DNA of 64,000 nucleotides from an uncultured Acidimicrobiia bacterium (GTDB lineage Bacteria; Actinomycetota; Acidimicrobiia; Spongiisociales; JAENVV01): NCBI GenBank assembly GCA_963847455.1, contig CAWKAG010000058.1, positions 5,644 to 69,643 of the forward strand, read 5' to 3'. Shown piece by piece: positions 62,727 to 64,000 of this stretch (position 1 is its first letter; each line of letters starts with the position of its first letter). The notes under the pieces were generated by a model. It saw only the letters and a program-made list of their open reading frames with translations, ran no database searches and was not told where the DNA came from. The position numbers and the translations under genes were made by a program.

Positions 62727-63560
62727 GTGCCTGCTCTTCGCCTCGGGCGCTTTCGCTTCCCGATCAGCAAAAGCGCCCCATTCGGTTTCGCCGTCGCCGA
62801 TCTCATTCTGAGTTCGCGCCGCTTCGTCAAAGCGGCCGAATCGGGCGACTACTCCTACCTGCACAGCTTGGAGCGGGCTTTCGCCAGACGCCTATTCACC
62901 AGGCTGGACGTGGCACTGGACGTGGCCGGCCTCGAACACATCGATCCCAAGCAGCACTACCTGGTGGTCGCCACACACGAATCATTGCTCGATCCCATCG
63001 CCCTCCAGCATCTTCCCCTTGACCTCAAGTTCATCGCCAGAAGCGACCTCCTTTCCGAGCCGCTCGTCGGCCGCTATATCCAGGCTTCGAAGCAACCGAT
63101 CGTCAACCCTGAGCAAGGATGGCGAGGGATTCGCGATCTCATCTCAGCCGCTTCCGGACTGGCCGAGCGTCACGAACACCTGGTGATCTTCCCGCAGGGT
63201 TCGATCCTCGGAATCGAACTGCAATTTCGCGACGGATTGCATTGGCTCGCCGAGCGCCTCGGCTGGCCCATCCTTCCCGTTGTCATCACTGGGAGCCACC
63301 GAGTCTGGGAGCATCCGTTTGCACCGACCGTTCGATTCGGCAAGCGCATCAGCCTCCGGATCCTTCAGCCGGTCTCGTGTCACGACCTCGACGTTGCGGC
63401 CCTGGAACACACCATGCGCGCCCAAGCCCTATCGGCCACGGTCGCCCCCGCCCGCCGGTTCAACCCGGACCGCGACGGATGGTGGGACGGATTCGCCTAC
63501 GAGGTCAATCCTCAGTTCGTGGATCTGGCCCGCCGGGTCGCCACTCGTCGAGGCCGCTGA
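62727..63560 (+). CDS. Lysophospholipid acyltransferase (PlsC family)
   Basis: H(X)4D motif VATHESLLDP, FPQGS (block III-like) and an ILPVVITG block. GTG start as in the ORF track. Confidence 0.8.
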   Translation: MPALRLGRFRFPISKSAPFGFAVADLILSSRRFVKAAESGDYSYLHSLERAFARRLFTRLDVALDVAGLEHIDPKQHYLVVATHESLLDPIALQHLPLDLKFIARSDLLSEPLVGRYIQASKQPIVNPEQGWRGIRDLISAASGLAERHEHLVIFPQGSILGIELQFRDGLHWLAERLGWPILPVVITGSHRVWEHPFAPTVRFGKRISLRILQPVSCHDLDVAALEHTMRAQALSATVAPARRFNPDRDGWWDGFAYEVNPQFVDLARRVATRRGR

Positions 63561-63632
63561 TCCAACCACTCGTAACCCAGCTCATTGAACGGGGCACCGA
63601 AACAGTATCCGCCACTGTGCCAGAATCGACCC

Positions 63633-64000
63633 ATGCTCTACCCGTTCGTTCTGGAACCGATTCTTGCCCCCAAACCATGGGGTGGCGACCGCTTGGCCGC
63701 CTACGGGAAGGCAGTCGCCGCCGGCGATCGAATCGGCGAGAGTTGGGAAATAGCCGACCTGGACCTCGACGCAGATGGAACGGTCCCCTTCGGTAAGTCG
63801 CAGGTGAGCAACGGGCCGATGGCCGGCGAAACACTCCGGGGCCTCATGACCGAGCATGGCACCGAACTACTCGGTTTCACTCCGACCTCCACTCCGTTCC
63901 CGCTGCTCATCAAACTGCTCGACGCCAGAGAACCTCTGTCGGTCCAGGTCCATCCCACGGCCGACTACGTCGCTCATCATCCCGACACGCACATGAAGAC
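63633..64000 (+). CDS. manA: Class I mannose-6-phosphate isomerase (5' partial, runs off window)
   Basis: ATG at 63633: MLYPFVLEPILAPKPWGGDRL...GESWEIADL...FPLLIKLLDAREPLSVQVHP. Open to the window end; not in the ORF track because no stop is reached. Confidence 0.8.
   Translation, partial: MLYPFVLEPILAPKPWGGDRLAAYGKAVAAGDRIGESWEIADLDLDADGTVPFGKSQVSNGPMAGETLRGLMTEHGTELLGFTPTSTPFPLLIKLLDAREPLSVQVHPTADYVAHHPDTHMK

Noticed and set aside
1-64000. Mobile elements, prophage, defence islands, toxin-antitoxin pairs, tRNA/rRNA genes, biosynthetic gene clusters
   Set aside because: I found no transposase, integrase, recombinase, reverse transcriptase, Cas, restriction-modification or core biosynthetic enzyme motifs in any ORF. 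I saw no tRNA-like T-arm (GGTTCGAATCC-type) sequence in intergenic regions. The nucleotidyltransferase-like ORF 54813..55229 has no obvious HEPN or antitoxin partner.

Overview
High-GC (about 60-65% by eye) bacterial chromosomal segment with Actinomycetota-like gene content: ECF sigma factor, PriA/HisA-like gene, many lipobox lipoproteins, and ATGA start/stop overlaps. I support about 55 protein-coding genes and found no rRNA, tRNA, CRISPR array, transposase, integrase or phage genes. Most of the window is housekeeping or accessory metabolism: mgtE, nadE, cspA, an FMN glutamate-synthase-like gene, acyl-CoA dehydrogenase, a GH32 fructan-utilisation locus with ABC transporter and two-component system, a DrrA-type ABC exporter, MFS transporters and VOC/glyoxalase proteins. 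Four things stand out. (1) Six minus-strand ORF fragments between 24578 and 34069 read as one roughly 3,160-codon secreted mosaic protein. Its order is signal peptide, about 20-turn GGxGI parallel beta-helix, L-type lectin, 36 perfect copies of an unusual pentapeptide QLGAI in 11 arrays, PPC domain, gingipain/C25-like module, Ig/PKD domains and a C-terminal beta-rich domain. Five +/-1 frame breaks interrupt it. (2) A Prx-like2/AhpC-TSA_2-type redox gene (13551..14084, minus) has an in-frame TGA exactly at the first Cys of the CxxC motif (FLRHFG-TGA-LTCRE). A hairpin follows immediately, so this is a candidate selenoprotein. (3) An NsrR-like Rrf2 regulator is translationally coupled to a membrane-anchored nirK with an extra C-terminal cupredoxin domain. 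A perfect 11-bp inverted repeat lies over the regulator start. (4) A 1,229-aa tandem cyclase-homology-domain, P-loop NTPase and TPR protein has two cyclase domains with complementary degenerate catalytic residues. Caveat: at least nine +/-1 frame disruptions occur in otherwise intact-looking genes (giant gene x5, MFS, ABC-2 permease, nirK, aldo/keto reductase). The assembly may therefore carry indel errors, or the strain may carry recent pseudogenes. I cannot tell these apart from sequence alone. All family calls come from motif recognition by eye; no database search was run.
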